This document shows, piece after piece, positions 22,590 to 36,063 of a stretch of DNA of 45,155 nucleotides (its first letter is position 1; the number at the start of each line of letters is the position of its first letter). The notes under the pieces are model-generated. The model ran no database searches, had not been told where the DNA came from, and saw only the letters and a list, made by a program, of their open reading frames with translations. Both the position numbers and the translations under genes were made by a program. The DNA is from Octopus bimaculoides (Eukaryota), in NCBI RefSeq assembly GCF_001194135.2, contig NC_068982.1, positions 62,931,045-62,976,199 of the forward strand. Direction: 5' to 3'.

Positions 22590-22772
22590 TGTTGTTGTCG
22601 ATGTTTGATCAAAGCGCACCTTAGCTATGACCATTCAGTACAACTTGTTCTATCATAACATACTAACGACTATATTATGCAAGAGCCTTATAAAACTGGC
22701 AGGGCGTGATTTGAGAGAGATTTGGGGCTATTTCTAACAGATCGAAGAGACTACGTAGAAGCACCCAGAGTG
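22590..22772 (-). mobile_element. Repeat/SINE family D fragment
   Basis: GATTTGAGAGAGATTTGGGGCTATTTCTAACAGATCGAAGAGACTACGTAGA, rc-homologous to 34211-34270. Confidence 0.55.
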
Positions 22773-23142
22773 GCTCGAAAATTATAGTGCATGAGGCAAA
22801 ATGGCCGTGTAGCATTTATTTTCGTTTCTTTACATTTTGAGTTCATATCTCTTCGAAGTCAACTTTGATTTCCATCCTTCTGTGGCTCTATAAAATAACG
22901 TTAAGAACAATAAAATCAGCAAATGGCTTGTATATAAAATTGAAGGTGGTATTACATCAAAATACTTAGAACTAGTGAAAGAATACTACAGTTAATTTAT
23001 CTAGAATCTTAGAAATGGTCTGAATGCAGTGAAATTTAAATGTATTTAAAAATTCGAAAGTTTTGTTATAAGTGTTCTTGTAAAGATTATGATCAATAAC
23101 TATTTTTGCGGTTATATAACTCTGTGTAGCGTATATCATATA

Positions 23143-24383
23143 CTGGGTTGGCAACTAAGTTCCCGCCGTTTTCTTAAATTATAAATTTTTTTAAAAGGTT
23201 TAATAAAAAATAACAACTAATTAATCAATAACGTATTCACCGTTGTTGTTTACAACTTCTTTCCAACGTTGAACAAGATTTTCAATACCGCGTTGGTAGA
23301 AATCACCCGATTTCGACTCGAAAAATTGATCCAACAAAGCTCTCAATTCTGCATCAGTATTGAACGAAACTCTGCGCATAGCATTTGAAAGAGATCGAAA
23401 GAGTTGGAAATCCGTTGGTGCCAAATCAGGAGAGTACGGCGGGTGTGGCAGCACTTCCCAGCCATGCGTTTGAATGGCTTCCTTGGTCATATTGGCGATA
23501 TGAGGGCGGGCCTTGTCGTGCAGCAGAAGAACTCCATGCTACCGTTTAGGTCTTTTCTNNNNNNNNNNNNNNNNNNNNNNNNNNNNNNNNNNNNNNNNNN
23601 NNNNNNNNNNNNNNNNNNNNNNNNNNNNNNNNNNNNNNNNNNNNNNNNNNNNNNNNNNNNNNNNNNNNNNNNNNNNNNNNNNNNNNNNNNNNNNNNNNNN
23701 NNNNNNNNNNNNNNNNNNNNNNNNNNNNNNNNNNNNNNNNNNNNNNNNNNNNNNNNNNNNNNNNNNNNNNNNNNNNNNNNNNNNNNNNNNNNNNNNNNNN
23801 NNNNNNNNNNNNNNNNNNNNNNTGCCACTTAAAGCATGCAGAACCCATGCTCCAAACTTCCGAACCTTTTCCATCGAGTGAAGATGCTTCTCTGTAGCAG
23901 TGTGGGAGCATTCCATTTTCTCTGCCAGTTCCCTTGTCGTTTGACAAGAATTTTCGTGCAAAAGTTGATTTAATCGCTCTTCATCGAACTCAACTGGACG
24001 GCCAGAACGAGGTGTGTCTTTGAGGTCAAAATTTCCGTTTTTGAACATGGCATGCCAATCACGAGCGTTTCTTTCAGCTATGGCACCCTCTCCATACACA
24101 GCACAAATGCCGCGAGCAGCTTTTGCGGCTTTAGAACCTTGATTAAAAGCAAAAAGAAGGTGGTGTCGAAAATGCTCGTTTTTTCTTAACTTGACATTCC
24201 ATTTTAATGATCTGAAAATAAACAAAGATTAACTATAAAATTAACTAGAAAAAAAAAAAAAAAGATTTCAAAATGATTCAAAAATAGAATTCTCGAAAAA
24301 AAAAATAGATTCCAGAATTTAAAACCGCAATAAATTCCAAAATTAAAAAAAAAAAAACGGTGGGTACTTAGTTGCCAACCCAA
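23143..24383 (-). mobile_element. Mariner (Mos1-like) DNA transposon, both TIRs present
   Basis: 30-bp TIRs (C/T)TGGGTTGGCAACTAAGT(T/A)CCC(G/A)CCGTTTT with 3 mismatches; TA TSDs at 23141-23142 and 24384-24385. Confidence 0.96.
23221..24202 (-). pseudogene. Mariner transposase pseudogene
   Basis: MECQVKK..HFRHHLL HTH region, WVLHAL (WVPHEL-like), HDKARPH, PHPPYSPDLAPTDF; +1 frameshift near the start, in-frame TAG before HGVLLL, N-gap 23559-23822. Confidence 0.93.
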
Positions 24384-26027
24384 TATAAACCGTTCTATAG
24401 CTATGCCAGTTGATTCATTTCCCACAGCATTGCTTTTGCGCTGTCCTCAACATTCCTTTAGATATCACTGAAGTAGTGCTAAAAGGGAGCATATCAAATG
24501 GTTGTGACATTGTATAACTGCATGTTGTTCTGTATGTATGTTATTCTGAAAGTAATGACTGAAAGTAATGGAAAGTAACGGAAACGGTAAGTAATGAAAC
24601 AATACTTGAAAGTAATGGAAACAATTGGAGCAGTAAAGTATGGTTTACTTCCGTGATTCAATTATTGTAATTATACTTGTGGAGTTTATACTGAGGATTA
24701 TACTAGCGTTTATATATTTGAGTTGTGTGGGAGACACTGTTGTAGCATTTTTGTAGCATTAGAGATAATGCATAATGCATGGTGTTGGTGAGAGAGTTTA
24801 GGAAGTTATTGTGTTAATGTACTTAATACACTTTTGTGTTGGGATGAATGATGGGTTGAGGAAAAGTCGATGGGCTCAGAATAGATCACGATCAATCGGG
24901 TTGGATTTGCTGTTCGCTTGGAACTGGGATATGCCTAAAGTTCTGCAATTTAAAGGGCTTTCTATGTGGATAAAGTTTATGTGGACAAATGTTTATTCTT
25001 TTAAATTAAGTTCATTTGCTGTTAATGGCATTATATTTAACATAGCCATTAAACATAGTTTCAACAGAGAAGTGAGATTACGTCGCTCATTGTGTCGTTC
25101 CGTTTTAAGAAGGTAGGGTAAGATTCGAGAGCGATTGGTGAAACGACTTCTTCCTTGCTTTTTCTTTATATATATATATATNNNNNNNNNNNNNNNNNNN
25201 NNNNNNNNNNNNNNNNNNNNNNNNNNNNNNNNNNNNNNNNNNNNNNNNNNNNNNNNNNNNNNNNNNNNNNNNNNNNNNNNNNNNNNNNNNNNNNNNNNNN
25301 NNNNNNNNNNNNNNNNNNNNNNNNNNNNNNNNNNNNNNNNNNNNNNNNNNNNNNNNNNNNNNNNNNNNNNNNNNNNNNNNNNNNNNNNNNNNNNNNNNNN
25401 NNNNNNNNNNNNNNNNNNNNNNNNNNNNNNNNNNNNNNNNNNNNNNNNNNNNNNNNNNNNNNNNNNNNNNNNNNNNNNNNNNNNNNNNNNNNNNNNNNNN
25501 NNNNNNNNNNNNNNNNNNNNNNNNNNNNNNNNNNNNNNNNNNNNNNNNNNNNNNNNNNNNNNNNNNNNNNNNNNNNNNNNNNNNNNNNNNNNNNNNNNNN
25601 NNNNNNNNNNNNNNNNNNNNNNNNNNNNNNNNNNNNNNNNNNNNNNNNNNNNNNNNNNNNNNNNNNNNNNNNNNNNNNNNNNNNNNNNNNNNNNNNNNNN
25701 NNNNNNNNNNNNNNNNNNNNNNNNNNNNNNNNNNNNNNNNNNNNNNNNNTCTTCCTCTGCTCTCTCCCACTTGGTTTTAATATGTTGCCACATTTGTAAT
25801 GTCTTTTTTCTACATTTTTTCTACATTTTTTCGTGCAGCTGAAGATTGCTCTTCATATTGCATTTAAGGTAATGCTCACATTACTTAAATAAATTGAAGT
25901 AGCATGAAACGTGCGTACTGCAATCACTTTTGAAATCCGTGTTGCTTATTATTTGATTTTAATCACCCATCCTTTTGGGATGTGATATTCGGGTGCCTTC
26001 GCATAAGTACCATATTCAAGCCTTGAA

Positions 26028-26062
<35 letters not shown>

Positions 26063-26714
26063 AGATTTTTAGTGATTTCAGTAATTCACCTGAAAGACAT
26101 TGAAAATGTTTGTTGTGAACGATCATTAGTAGGAACTCAATAGTTATCACACTTTTCCGAAGAGAATTTTTATGTCAGATGCACTCGAACCGCAGTAAAA
26201 ATATTACACTAGATCACTCACCATCCAGCTTTCGGGAAGCTATAAACATTTGATAAAATCAAGTATGTGTTTAACACACACGCACGCGCGTACACACTCA
26301 AACACATGCGCGCGCTCGTAGAGTATATAATGAACTTAGCATTCGATTCGATCAGTCAAATGAACACAATTATCTGGTATAGTGTGTAACAACGATGTGA
26401 CAAACGAATCCTGCAGGATGGGACATCACTCGGCATCATCGTCTTTGCGATAATCTGCACCTTACAGTCCCACCCATTTATCATCATCTTCCCTCAACTA
26501 TTGTTTTCGATGTCCTTATATATTCTATCATTATTCTCTCGTATTTTTCCGTCTCGAATATGTCAAAACCATATTTCAGATTCTCATTAGACCGTTGTTA
26601 CACTGCCCTGTCGGTACTCTTGTTATTCTAACAATAATCTCAGCATTCAGTATTCCACGCAGCAGGACCACCAGCCCCATCACCACCACAAGCAGCATCA
26701 CCAGCACCACCACA

Positions 26715-26763
<49 letters not shown>

Positions 26764-27572
26764 CCACCACCAACACCACCACCACCACCACCTCCACNNN
26801 NNNNNNNNNNNNNNNNNNNNNNNNNNNNNNNNNNNNNNNNNNNNNNNNNNNNNNNNNNNNNNNNNNNNNNNNNNNNNNNNNNNNNNNNNNNNNNNNNNNN
26901 NNNNNNNNNNNNNNNNNNNNNNNNNNNNNNNNNNNNNNNNNNNNNNNNNNNNNNNNNNNNNNNNNNNNNNNNNNNNNNNNNNNNNNNNNNNNNNNNNNNN
27001 NNNNNNNNNNNNNNNNNNNNNNNNNNNNNNNNNNNNNNNNNNNNNNNNNNNNNNNNNNNNNNNNNNNNNNNNNNNNNNNNNNNNNNNNNNNNNNNNNNNN
27101 NNNNNNNNNNNNNNNNNNNNNNNNNNNNNNNNNNNNNNNNNNNNNNNNNNNNNNNNNNNNNNNNNNNNNNNNNNNNNNNNNNNNNNNNNNNNNNNNNNNN
27201 NNNNNNNNNNNNNNNNNNNNNNNNNNNNNNNNNNNNNNNNNNNNNNNNNNNNNNNNNNNNNNNNNNNNNNNNNNNNNNNNNNNNNNNNNNNNNNNNNNNN
27301 NNNNNNNNNNNNNNNNNNNNNNNNNNNNNNNNNNNNNNNNNNNNNNNNNNNNNNNNNNNNNNNNNNNNNNNNNNNNNNNNNNNNNNNNNNNNNNNNNNNN
27401 NNNNNNNNCCCCTTCATCATCTCCATCATCATCGTCATCAGTCTAAACAGAACGAAGTAGTTGGGGTGAATTACGCAAATTGTTAACCACTAATTTACCT
27501 CTCTCTTCTTTCTGCAGCAGCATACAAGCATCATGCACATTATATGCATGCGTTACATGCACATTACATGCT

Positions 27573-27737
27573 TAGTGGCATTATTCCGGCTCTTCACATT
27601 CTGACTTCAAATCCCACCGATGTCAACTTTGCATTTCGTCTTTTAGGGGTCTATGAAGTAAAGTGCCAGTTAGATACTGGGTCGGTGTAATCGAATAACA
27701 CCTCCCCTAAAATTGCTAGCCTTGTGCCAAAATTTTA
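27573..27737 (+). mobile_element. SINE family C copy (5'-truncated)
   Basis: TTCAAATCCCACCGATGTCAACTTTGC...CCTTGTGCCAAAATTT. Confidence 0.72.
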
Positions 27738-27754
27738 AATTCTTATAAAACGAT

Positions 27755-27932
27755 GAGCTGGCAGAATCTTTGGTGCATCGGACAAAATACTTAGTAGCAT
27801 TTTCTTCCGCTCCGAGGCCGATTTTGTCTTTCATCCTTTTGGGGGGTCGATAAAACAAGTACCAGGTTGATTACTGGATTCGATGTAGTCAACTGTCCCC
27901 ACCCCTCAAAATTGCTGGCCTTGTGCCAAAAT
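27755..27932 (+). mobile_element. SINE family C copy
   Basis: GAGCTGGCAGAATC...TTTCATCCTTTTGGGGGGTCGATAAAACAAGTACCAG...CCTTGTGCCAAAAT. Confidence 0.78.
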
Positions 27933-28459
27933 GAGGAAGAATTATTATTAAGATTTCGGATTGGAAGCAGGCAGTGGATTGACAGAATCTTTAAAGCTTC
28001 AGCAAAAGATACGTTGGTTACTATACCTCATGTCTATCACTTTACCCATTGAAATAAATTAACGATCCTCTATGTGGCTGCTCGATTTGCTCAAATCAAG
28101 TTCTACTTCCTTATAAAGGGACACAGCAAATGGCGTCGGCTGTACACTCATGGCTGGACCGAGCCTTTATCGCGGTTTGATCGGGACTAACAATAAAATA
28201 ATAACGACAAGAATTATTAAAGTAGAGCCTACAATGTAGTCTATATGTAGTCAATTGATATACTAGAAAAAAGGTGCTAAATTTCTATGAATCATACCAA
28301 GTGTCTTAAAAAGGATTAGAATTTGGTAAAGATTCGTTGAGGAGAGGCGAGCTCGTTTCGAAGGGACATTATATGCATTGTATCATAGTCAACAATAATT
28401 TCCACCAAAACAACTATTGCATATACAGCTTCAGTTAATCATCTGTTACTAACTGAATG

Positions 28460-28828
28460 GTGGAGGTGCAATGGCCCAGTGGTTAGGGCAGCGGACTCGC
28501 GGTCATAGGATCGCGGTTTCGATTCCCAAACCGGGAGTTGTGACTGTTTATTGAGCGAAAACACCTAAAGCTCCACGAGGCTCTGGCAGCGGATGGTGGC
28601 GAACCCTTCTGTACTCTTTCACCACAACTTTCTCTCACTCTAACTTCCTGTTTCTGTTGTACCTGTATTTCAAAGGGCCAGTCTTGTCACACTTTGTGTC
28701 ACACTGAATATCCCCGAGAACTACGTTAAGGGTACACGTGTCTGTGGAGTGCTAAGCCACTTGCACGTTAATTTCACGAGCTGGCTGTTCCGTTGATCGG
28801 ATCAACTGGAAACCTCGACGTCGTAAGC
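28460..28828 (+). mobile_element. tRNA-derived SINE family B (3' end runs into N-gap)
   Basis: A box TGGCCCAGTGG and B box GGTTTCGATTCC; high identity to the 35674 copy. Confidence 0.93.
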
Positions 28829-30539
28829 NNNNNNNNNNNNNNNNNNNNNNNNNNNNNNNNNNNNNNNNNNNNNNNNNNNNNNNNNNNNNNNNNNNNNNNN
28901 NNNNNNNNNNNNNNNNNNNNNNNNNNNNNNNNNNNNNNNNNNNNNNNNNNNNNNNNNNNNNNNNNNNNNNNNNNNNNNNNNNNNNNNNNNNNNNNNNNNN
29001 NNNNNNNNNNNNNNNNNNNNNNNNNNNNNNNNNNNNNNNNNNNNNNNNNNNNNNNNNNNNNNNNNNNNNNNNNNNNNNNNNNNNNNNNNNNNNNNNNNNN
29101 NNNNNNNNNNNNNNNNNNNNNNNNNNNNNNNNNNNNNNNNNNNNNNNNNNNNNNNNNNNNNNNNNNNNNNNNNNNNNNNNNNNNNNNNNNNNNNNNNNNN
29201 NNNNNNNNNNNNNNNNNNNNNNNNNNNNNNNNNNNNNNNNNNNNNNNNNNNNNNNNNNNNNNNNNNNNNNNNNNNNNNNNNNNNNNNNNNNNNNNNNNNN
29301 NNNNNNNNNNNNNNNNNNNNNNNNNNNNNNNNNNNNNNNNNNNNNNNNNNNNNNNNNNNNNNNNNNNNNNNNNNNNNNNNNNNNNNNNNNNNNNNNNNNN
29401 NNNNNNNNATATATATATCGTACATACATACACTCACACAAATTCTCTCACCCTGTCTGTCTGTCTCTGTCTCTGCCTGTCTGTCTGTCTATCTGCCTCT
29501 CTCTCTCTCTTTCTCATGCGCGCGCGCGCACACAAACACAAAGGTAGAAGAGACTGATTCAATCTTTCCAATTTATCTTAAGCAGCTTCCAAGGTGTCTT
29601 TGATAGAGATTCTATCGTATTAAAAATGCCTGTTGCTTTGTTCTTCGCATTTTTTTTCTGTCCTTTGTCGCATAAAGAACAAGGAATACAACCAACACAA
29701 CGCAAAAAAAAAAAAAAAAAATTACAAGTTAGCAAAAACTGAAGAAAAGAAAAAGATGCAGATAATTGATTGATACAACAGCAACGTCAGCAACACGCTA
29801 GGCCGATTAAAGGTCTCTCACGAATCACATTCAGCCGTCCTACATAAATTATTTAAAAAAATAGTGGGATGGAAAGTATTTTGATTATAACTGTGCTTGG
29901 CTAAAGCTGACCAGCAGTAAGAACATCAGCATCAATAAGAAACTTGGACAAGTGGATGAACTAGTATCCTGCACTTGCTAGAAATAACAGCCAAAACACC
30001 TCATATCAGAGCCTACTGGTTAAGAGAAAATAAAAATGCATAGGGCATTTTAGGCCTGGGTACCGAAAAGGACGGGACGGTTACGAATTGAACGCCTAAC
30101 TGGGGTAACATTGCAATAGCAGCAACAACAACTACAAAAAGAGTAAAAGAAGAGATTCAGGAAACTGGGCTTACCGGGCGAAGGTAAGGACGAACCAATT
30201 ACTGTTTGGTGTGTCTCCAGATTACCCAACCGAACGCGAACGGATACATATCGAGTCAAGACGCTTAGCGAAGTCTCTCAACCAGTTAGAAAGTGTAGCT
30301 AAATATCCCTCAATTCACACACCACTATCTTTAAAATACAAGAACACAGTGGGTAATTATGATCCTAAATACCTTGAATTTAAAGCAATAAAGCGAATAA
30401 TCACCAGTTGATCGTATTTGTACATAGGCTAGTTTTATGAAAGGGAACATGGAGTTCAACAACAACAAATTTATCCTGTTGCCGATATACCGTCCGTGAA
30501 CGACACCTAGACTTCTTTTTCAAGTAATTTTATATATAT

Positions 30540-31440
30540 AATGAAGGAAAGTGTTGTATACATTGCTCAGGTACACTACAACTAAAAACAAAAGGCCATC
30601 AGGTGTACTGTTGGCGGATTTTAGGAAGCGTAGAAGTTTTGAAGGATGTAATGTCTCGACAGCCAACAACTGATGCGGGTGGTTTATTCCATGGTTCAGC
30701 AATTCTGAGCGTGAAAAAATGTTTCCGAAAGTCATGAGTGTTTTGTTGTTTTTTTTATTTTATAAGCATGTCCGCAAGTGTTTGTCATATGGAATTCAAA
30801 CAGGTGCCCAAGGTTGTTGGAAGAATGGTAGATCCTCTTGTGGGTGTCTACCAAGTAAGTTGCCAGACGTCTGAGCTTCAATGTATCCATGCCCAGGGAA
30901 GCAAGACGTTCAGAGTATGGTAGACGGCTGACGGCGGGTATTCGTTTCGTTGCAACTTTCTGAACAGTTTCCAGGAGGTTTGTATGCCGAACAAGATAGG
31001 GGTTTCAGACTGGTGATGTAAATTCCGAGTGCGAACAGACCATTGTCGTATACATTTTTAAATAGATAGCTGGAGAGCGGCTGTCAAAGGTCTTACCGAG
31101 TGATGCTAGCACCTCCTCAGACTTCTTGACAATTTAAGAGATGTGATTTGTCCAACACAGATCGTTGCTTACAATAATGGCCAGATCACGTCCGCTAGAA
31201 GACTTCTTGAGATTGGTATTGCTAAGGAAGTATGTAAAGGCTGGATTTTTCCTCCTAAAATGCATGGCGACGTACTCGTCCACAGCTAGCTTGAGTTGCC
31301 AGTCAGAGATCTATTGCTGCATTGAATCCAGGTTTGATTGCAGGTAAAATCTATGGCGCATAGGATTTGTTCTTTTTATTTCGAGTTCCAGTTTGATTTC
31401 ATCTGTATATTTCAGCACTAGAATGATAGAATCAGCATCA
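30540..31440 (-). mobile_element. CR1/L2-clade LINE 3' fragment (RT C-terminus), degenerate
   Basis: LKYTDEIKL (31398-31409, YADD-like), WQLKL, RDLAIIVSNDLCWTNHI, NPYLVRHTNLLETVQKVATKRI..LPYSERLASL, RKHFFTLRIAEPWNKPP. Confidence 0.88.
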
Positions 31441-31579
31441 TGAAGAATCAGTGTAGTAGTTAATTACACGCATACATAGGTATTTTATTATTTTCGTTAT
31501 GACTGTTATTAAAATCTTTCGTCGTATACTAAAATTGTCACAGGTGTTCAGTAATCCTATCTCTATATAGATATAGTAG

Positions 31580-32531
31580 AAATCTATTCCATTTCAATCA
31601 CAGATTTTTTAATTATTGTTTTTTTTTAAATACTAAACAGTTTAAAACTTCGAATACTGTTAGAATTTCTCAAGTAGGACACGGTTTACTCTGAACGTTT
31701 TTTTACAAAATTTCTATTTTAGAAGTTATTTCGTGTTAAAGTTGTCGTATTTGGGTAATTTCAACCAATCAACGACGTGTATTCGGTTGAAGAACGCTAC
31801 TGCTGTTTGCGATAGTAATCGAAAAGGAACAACTTCTGGGTCATCTCTACTAAATGTCACCATTCTGTTCGAAGAATCAACACCATTGAGTAACGAGCCC
31901 GCAGCTAGCTTTTTTGTTGTTGACGTATATGTACTTTCAAAATGCTTTATTTTACAACTATCAGATGTATTGTTATTGTCATGATTTTAGCTTACTATAA
32001 TCAACAACAAACATATTTCGTCAATATAAAAGTCTTTATTAGATAAAAAATAACATTATCAAAACACGAAGGTAAAACAAAACAAATAGCGGCTTATACA
32101 CCGGATAATACGGTATTTATAGTGGTAGTGACAAGTTCGCTCACTGGTTGCTAGTTGATAGTGTAGAAGGGAGGGAAAGAGTAAGGAATGCACGGTGCAG
32201 ACTAGAAAGGAAGAAAGGATAAAGGTGGTTTGCTCGCCATAAGAATAGAACAGAGTGGTGACATTTAGTAGAGATGACCTGGAAGTTGTTCCTCTTCGAT
32301 TACTATCGCAAACAGCAGCAGCTTCCTTCAACCGAACACACGTCGTTGATTGATTGAAATTACCCAAATACAACAACTTTAACACGAAATAACTTCTAAA
32401 ATACGAAATTTTGTCAAAAGCGTTCAGAATAAACCGTGTTCTACGTGAGAAATTCTACCAGTATTCGAAGTTTCAAACTGTTTACTTAAAAAAGTTAATT
32501 AAAAGGTCTGTGATTGAGATGGAATAGATCC
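31580..32531. mobile_element. Foldback element with ~290-bp inverted arms, related to the 18312 MITE
   Basis: Arms at 31580-31870 and 32248-32531; right terminus rc GGATCTATTCC; shares GTAATTTCAACCAATC, CAACTTTAACA and TTCTACCAGT..AAGTTTCAAA blocks with 18312-18884; no TSD found. Confidence 0.88.
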
Positions 32532-33400
32532 GAAAAGTGTAAAGAAACAATACATACAGTGAGAGAGAGAGAATCATAGAACCAATGAACGAGGACGATA
32601 GGGATTAAATGACAGTCGTTATTTGATTGTATTTTCTTTTAAAAATTTGTATTGATTTCATAATTTGAACGTGAAACAGGATAATACAGCTGAAGAATAT
32701 AATGATAAAGAAGAAGAAGNNNNNNNNNNNNNNNNNNNNNNNNNNNNNNNNNNNNNNNNNNNNNNNNNNNNNNNNNNNNNNNNNNNNNNNNNNNNNNNNN
32801 NNNNNNNNNNNNNNNNNNNNNNNNNNNNNNNNNNNNNNNNNNNNNNNNNNNNNNNNNNNNNNNNNNNNNNNNNNNNNNNNNNNNNNNNNNNNNNNNNNNN
32901 NNNNNNNNNNNNNNNNNNNNNNNNNNNNNNNNNNNNNNNNNNNNNNNNNNNNNNNNNNNNNNNNNNNNNNNNNNNNNNNNNNNNNNNNNNNNNNNNNNNN
33001 NNNNNNNNNNNNNNNNNNNNNNNNNNNNNNNNNNNNNNNNNNNNNNNNNNNNNNNNNNNNNNNNNNNNNNNNNNNNNNNNNNNNNNNNNNNNNNNNNNNN
33101 NNNNNNNNNNNNNNNNNNNNNNNNNNNNNNNNNNNNNNNNNNNNNNNNNNNNNNNNNNNNNNNNNNNNNNNNNNNNNNNNNNNNNNNNNNNNNNNNNNNN
33201 NNNNNNNNNNNNNNNNNNNNNNNNNNNNNNNNNNNNNNNNNNNNNNNNNNNNNNNNNNNNNNNNNNNNNNNNNNNNNNNNNNNNNNNNNNNNNNNNNNNN
33301 NNNNNNNNNNNNNNNNNNNNNNNNNNNNNNNNNNNNNNNNNNNNNNNNNNNNNNNNNNNNNNNNNNNNNNNNNNNNNNNNNNNNNNNNNNNNNNNNNNNN

Positions 33401-33431
<31 letters not shown>

Positions 33432-34210
33432 ATAATATATATATATATATGATATAATATATATATATATATGATATGATATAATATAATATAAAGACAA
33501 ATTGAAAAGCAGCGAATCATTGTTAGAATGTTTGTGAATTTAAACGAGCATAACTGTAGCTGACAGTCATGAGTGCAATTTTCACTTGAAGTGATTTCGC
33601 TGAGAGAACAACACATTAGATATGCATGGAAGTGAACGGTTGGTTGAACAAGAAGTCAAGGAAGAAACAGTCGAAAAGAAGCTGGCAATATTAACCTCAA
33701 ACTACGCAGGCCAATGCCGATGTTATAGAAATACGTCACTGGCGTATTAGCATTCTTATTAAACATTAAAATCAGTTTTAACATACATGCTATTATATGT
33801 GCATTATTTGTTTGCGTTTTTTTTTGTGTTATTGTAGTACTTCTTTTTTTCTGTTTGTTTGTTTGGTTCTGTTTATATTTCTTTGTTTTGATGTTTATTG
33901 TGTTGTTGTTGCTTTTGCTCGTAAAGTTATTTTTTTGTTGTTATTGCTTTGCTGATGTGTGTTTTGTGTTTCTGAGGACTTTCGTAAAATGTTTTCATGT
34001 TCGGAGCTGGAAACAACAACAACAACAACATCGACGACGATGATGACAATGACAAAAACAACAACAACAACACACCACAATAGCAAAACCACAATAGTAC
34101 AATAACACCACCACCACCAACAACAATAGTAGAATAATACCACCACCAACAACAACAACAATAAGAACAGCAAACAGTAGCAGCAGTAGCAGCATGAGTC
34201 AATAAAGATG

Positions 34211-34420
34211 CATCTACTCCATCGTCCGATCTGCTAAAAATATTAGCTAAATAACCCTCAAAACACGCGTTTATTGTTTTAAACAAGGCAAGAACAAATG
34301 TGATAATGTAGTCCCTGAATACCTATAAAAAAAGACAGGGCGGTCACGGCAGAATTGTCTTTCATGATATGCCTGCTTTATCAAGGTAGGCCTGGGGCTA
34401 AATGACGTCATTAACAAGAA
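34211..34420 (+). mobile_element. Repeat/SINE family D copy
   Basis: ATCTGCTAAAATATTAGCTAAA...GATAATGTAGTCCC...GGTCACGGC...CCTGGGGCTAAA; further fragments near 6500, 28065, 29975 and 36190. Confidence 0.6.
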
Positions 34421-34439
34421 TAAAAACAGGAGCAACAGC

Positions 34440-34650
34440 AACAGTAACAATAATGTTGCACTGTAAAGTTTAACTGAAAAGCAAAAGATACGAATAAGAA
34501 GAGGAAGGGGAGATGAGGAGCTGGAGGAGGAGGAGGAGGAGCAGAAGAAGAAGAAGAAGAAGAAGAAGAAGAAGAAGAAGAAGAAGAAGAAGAAGAAGAA
34601 GAAGAAGAAGAACAAGAACAAGAAGGTGAAGGAGGAACAAGAGCAGTAGA
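34440..34650. repeat. (AAG)n/(GGA)n compound microsatellite
   Basis: Trinucleotide runs. Confidence 0.92.
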
Positions 34651-34944
34651 GTGACGGAAAGAAATATGGTGGAAAGACAAATATGAAAATAATAGTCAAG
34701 AATATAAAACAGGGTTTTGATGTGAGAGAATGCTAAAAAAGTGATGTGGAAGAAAGATAAATAGGACTGATGGATTATGGCCGCCGGGTAAGAATTCAAT
34801 AGCTTTCAGAAAATGTCGTACGTTAGACATATGTATGTGTCTCTCAGAAATATACATATGTATACACATACATAGATGTAGATGTAGACACATACACACA
34901 TATGGACATGCATACACGCACACACATATATATGTGTACATACA

Positions 34945-34986
<42 letters not shown>

Positions 34987-35673
34987 TGTGTATGTATGTA
35001 TGTATGTAATGTACGTGCACATATATATGTGTGCGTGTGTCGGATATAATTTATACAAGTCACTTTTTAAAGCCGCACCGCTTCTTTTTTGTGTTGGCCT
35101 ATGTATTTAAGGCTAATGATGTTGGTAAAATTCTACCAGTATAAGAAGATTCGTTTATCCGTGTAATTTGAGTAAGTTTCAATTTATATATGGGCAATAA
35201 TATACATGCAACCATATACATACGAAAGATCTGGCAAGAATTCACGAATTGACTTCAGCAAGATTCTTTGTTGCGATATGACAGCTTAGTGGCTAAGGTC
35301 AAAGCCGAAGTGGCAGAATTATTGATGAATTGTTTCTTTTGTTAGTCTGGGGAAGAAAGGCAGTGCTTAGAATCTGTTTTAAAGATGTTTAGATAACTAT
35401 ATGAGGTCAGAATTGTTGATGAATTAGTATTGTTTAAAATCGAAGAAGATTGATGACAGTGAAACAAATGATTGCTGGAAGGAAGTTTTCTAACTGAGAA
35501 AGGAAAGAAATAAGTATAATATTCAGTATGGGATCAGTGTGTGAAAACACAGGGGTACTGAGAGAACAAGCCATTACACCAAGTCGTTTGCGGCTTACGA
35601 CCAAAGTATTCCAGCTGTGACTATCAAGTTTTAGAATTCTACTTTTTCTTTTCAATTTTGTTATGTCTGGTGT

Positions 35674-36063
35674 GTGGAGGCGTAATGGCCCAGTGGTTAG
35701 GGCAGCGGACTCACGGTTATAGGATCGCAGTTTCGATTCCCAGACCGGGCATTGTGAGTGTTTATTGAGCGAAAACACATAAAAGCGCCACGAGGCTCCG
35801 GCAGGGGATGGTGGCGAACCCTGCGGTACTCTTTCACCACAACTTTCTCTCACTCTTACTTCCTGTTTCTGTTGTGCCTGTAATTCAAAGGGTCAGCCTT
35901 GTCACACTGTGTCACGCTGAATATCCCCGAGAACTACGTTAAGGGTACACGTGTCTGTGGAGTGCTCAGCTACTTGCACGTTAATTTCACGAGCAGGCTG
36001 TTCCGTTGATCGGATCAACTGGAACCCTCGACGTCGTAAGCGACGGAGTGCCAACAACAACAG
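35674..36063 (+). mobile_element. tRNA-derived SINE family B, full length with (CAA)n tail and 11-bp TSD
   Basis: A and B boxes; TSD ATGTCTGGTGT (35663-35673) vs ATGTCTAGTGT (36065-36075). Confidence 0.94.

Noticed and set aside
24546-24625. GAAAGTAATG-like short repeats
   Set aside because: Few degenerate copies; ordinary slippage repeat
28460-28530. tRNA-like sequences at SINE heads (also 35674, 843, 1303, 42165-42225)
   Set aside because: They have A/B boxes but no complete cloverleaf, and most continue into shared repeat bodies; SINE heads rather than tRNA genes
30150-30420. Possible very old RT fragment on the minus strand (IEGYLATLSNWLRDF..SVRVRLG)
   Set aside because: Similarity is weak, multi-frameshifted and out of order with the adjacent CR1 piece; not supportable without an HMM search
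25105-33616. Long ORFs spanning N-gaps (also near 4.2, 13, 26.6, 28.8 and 43.2 kb)
   Set aside because: Their length comes from X residues in gaps
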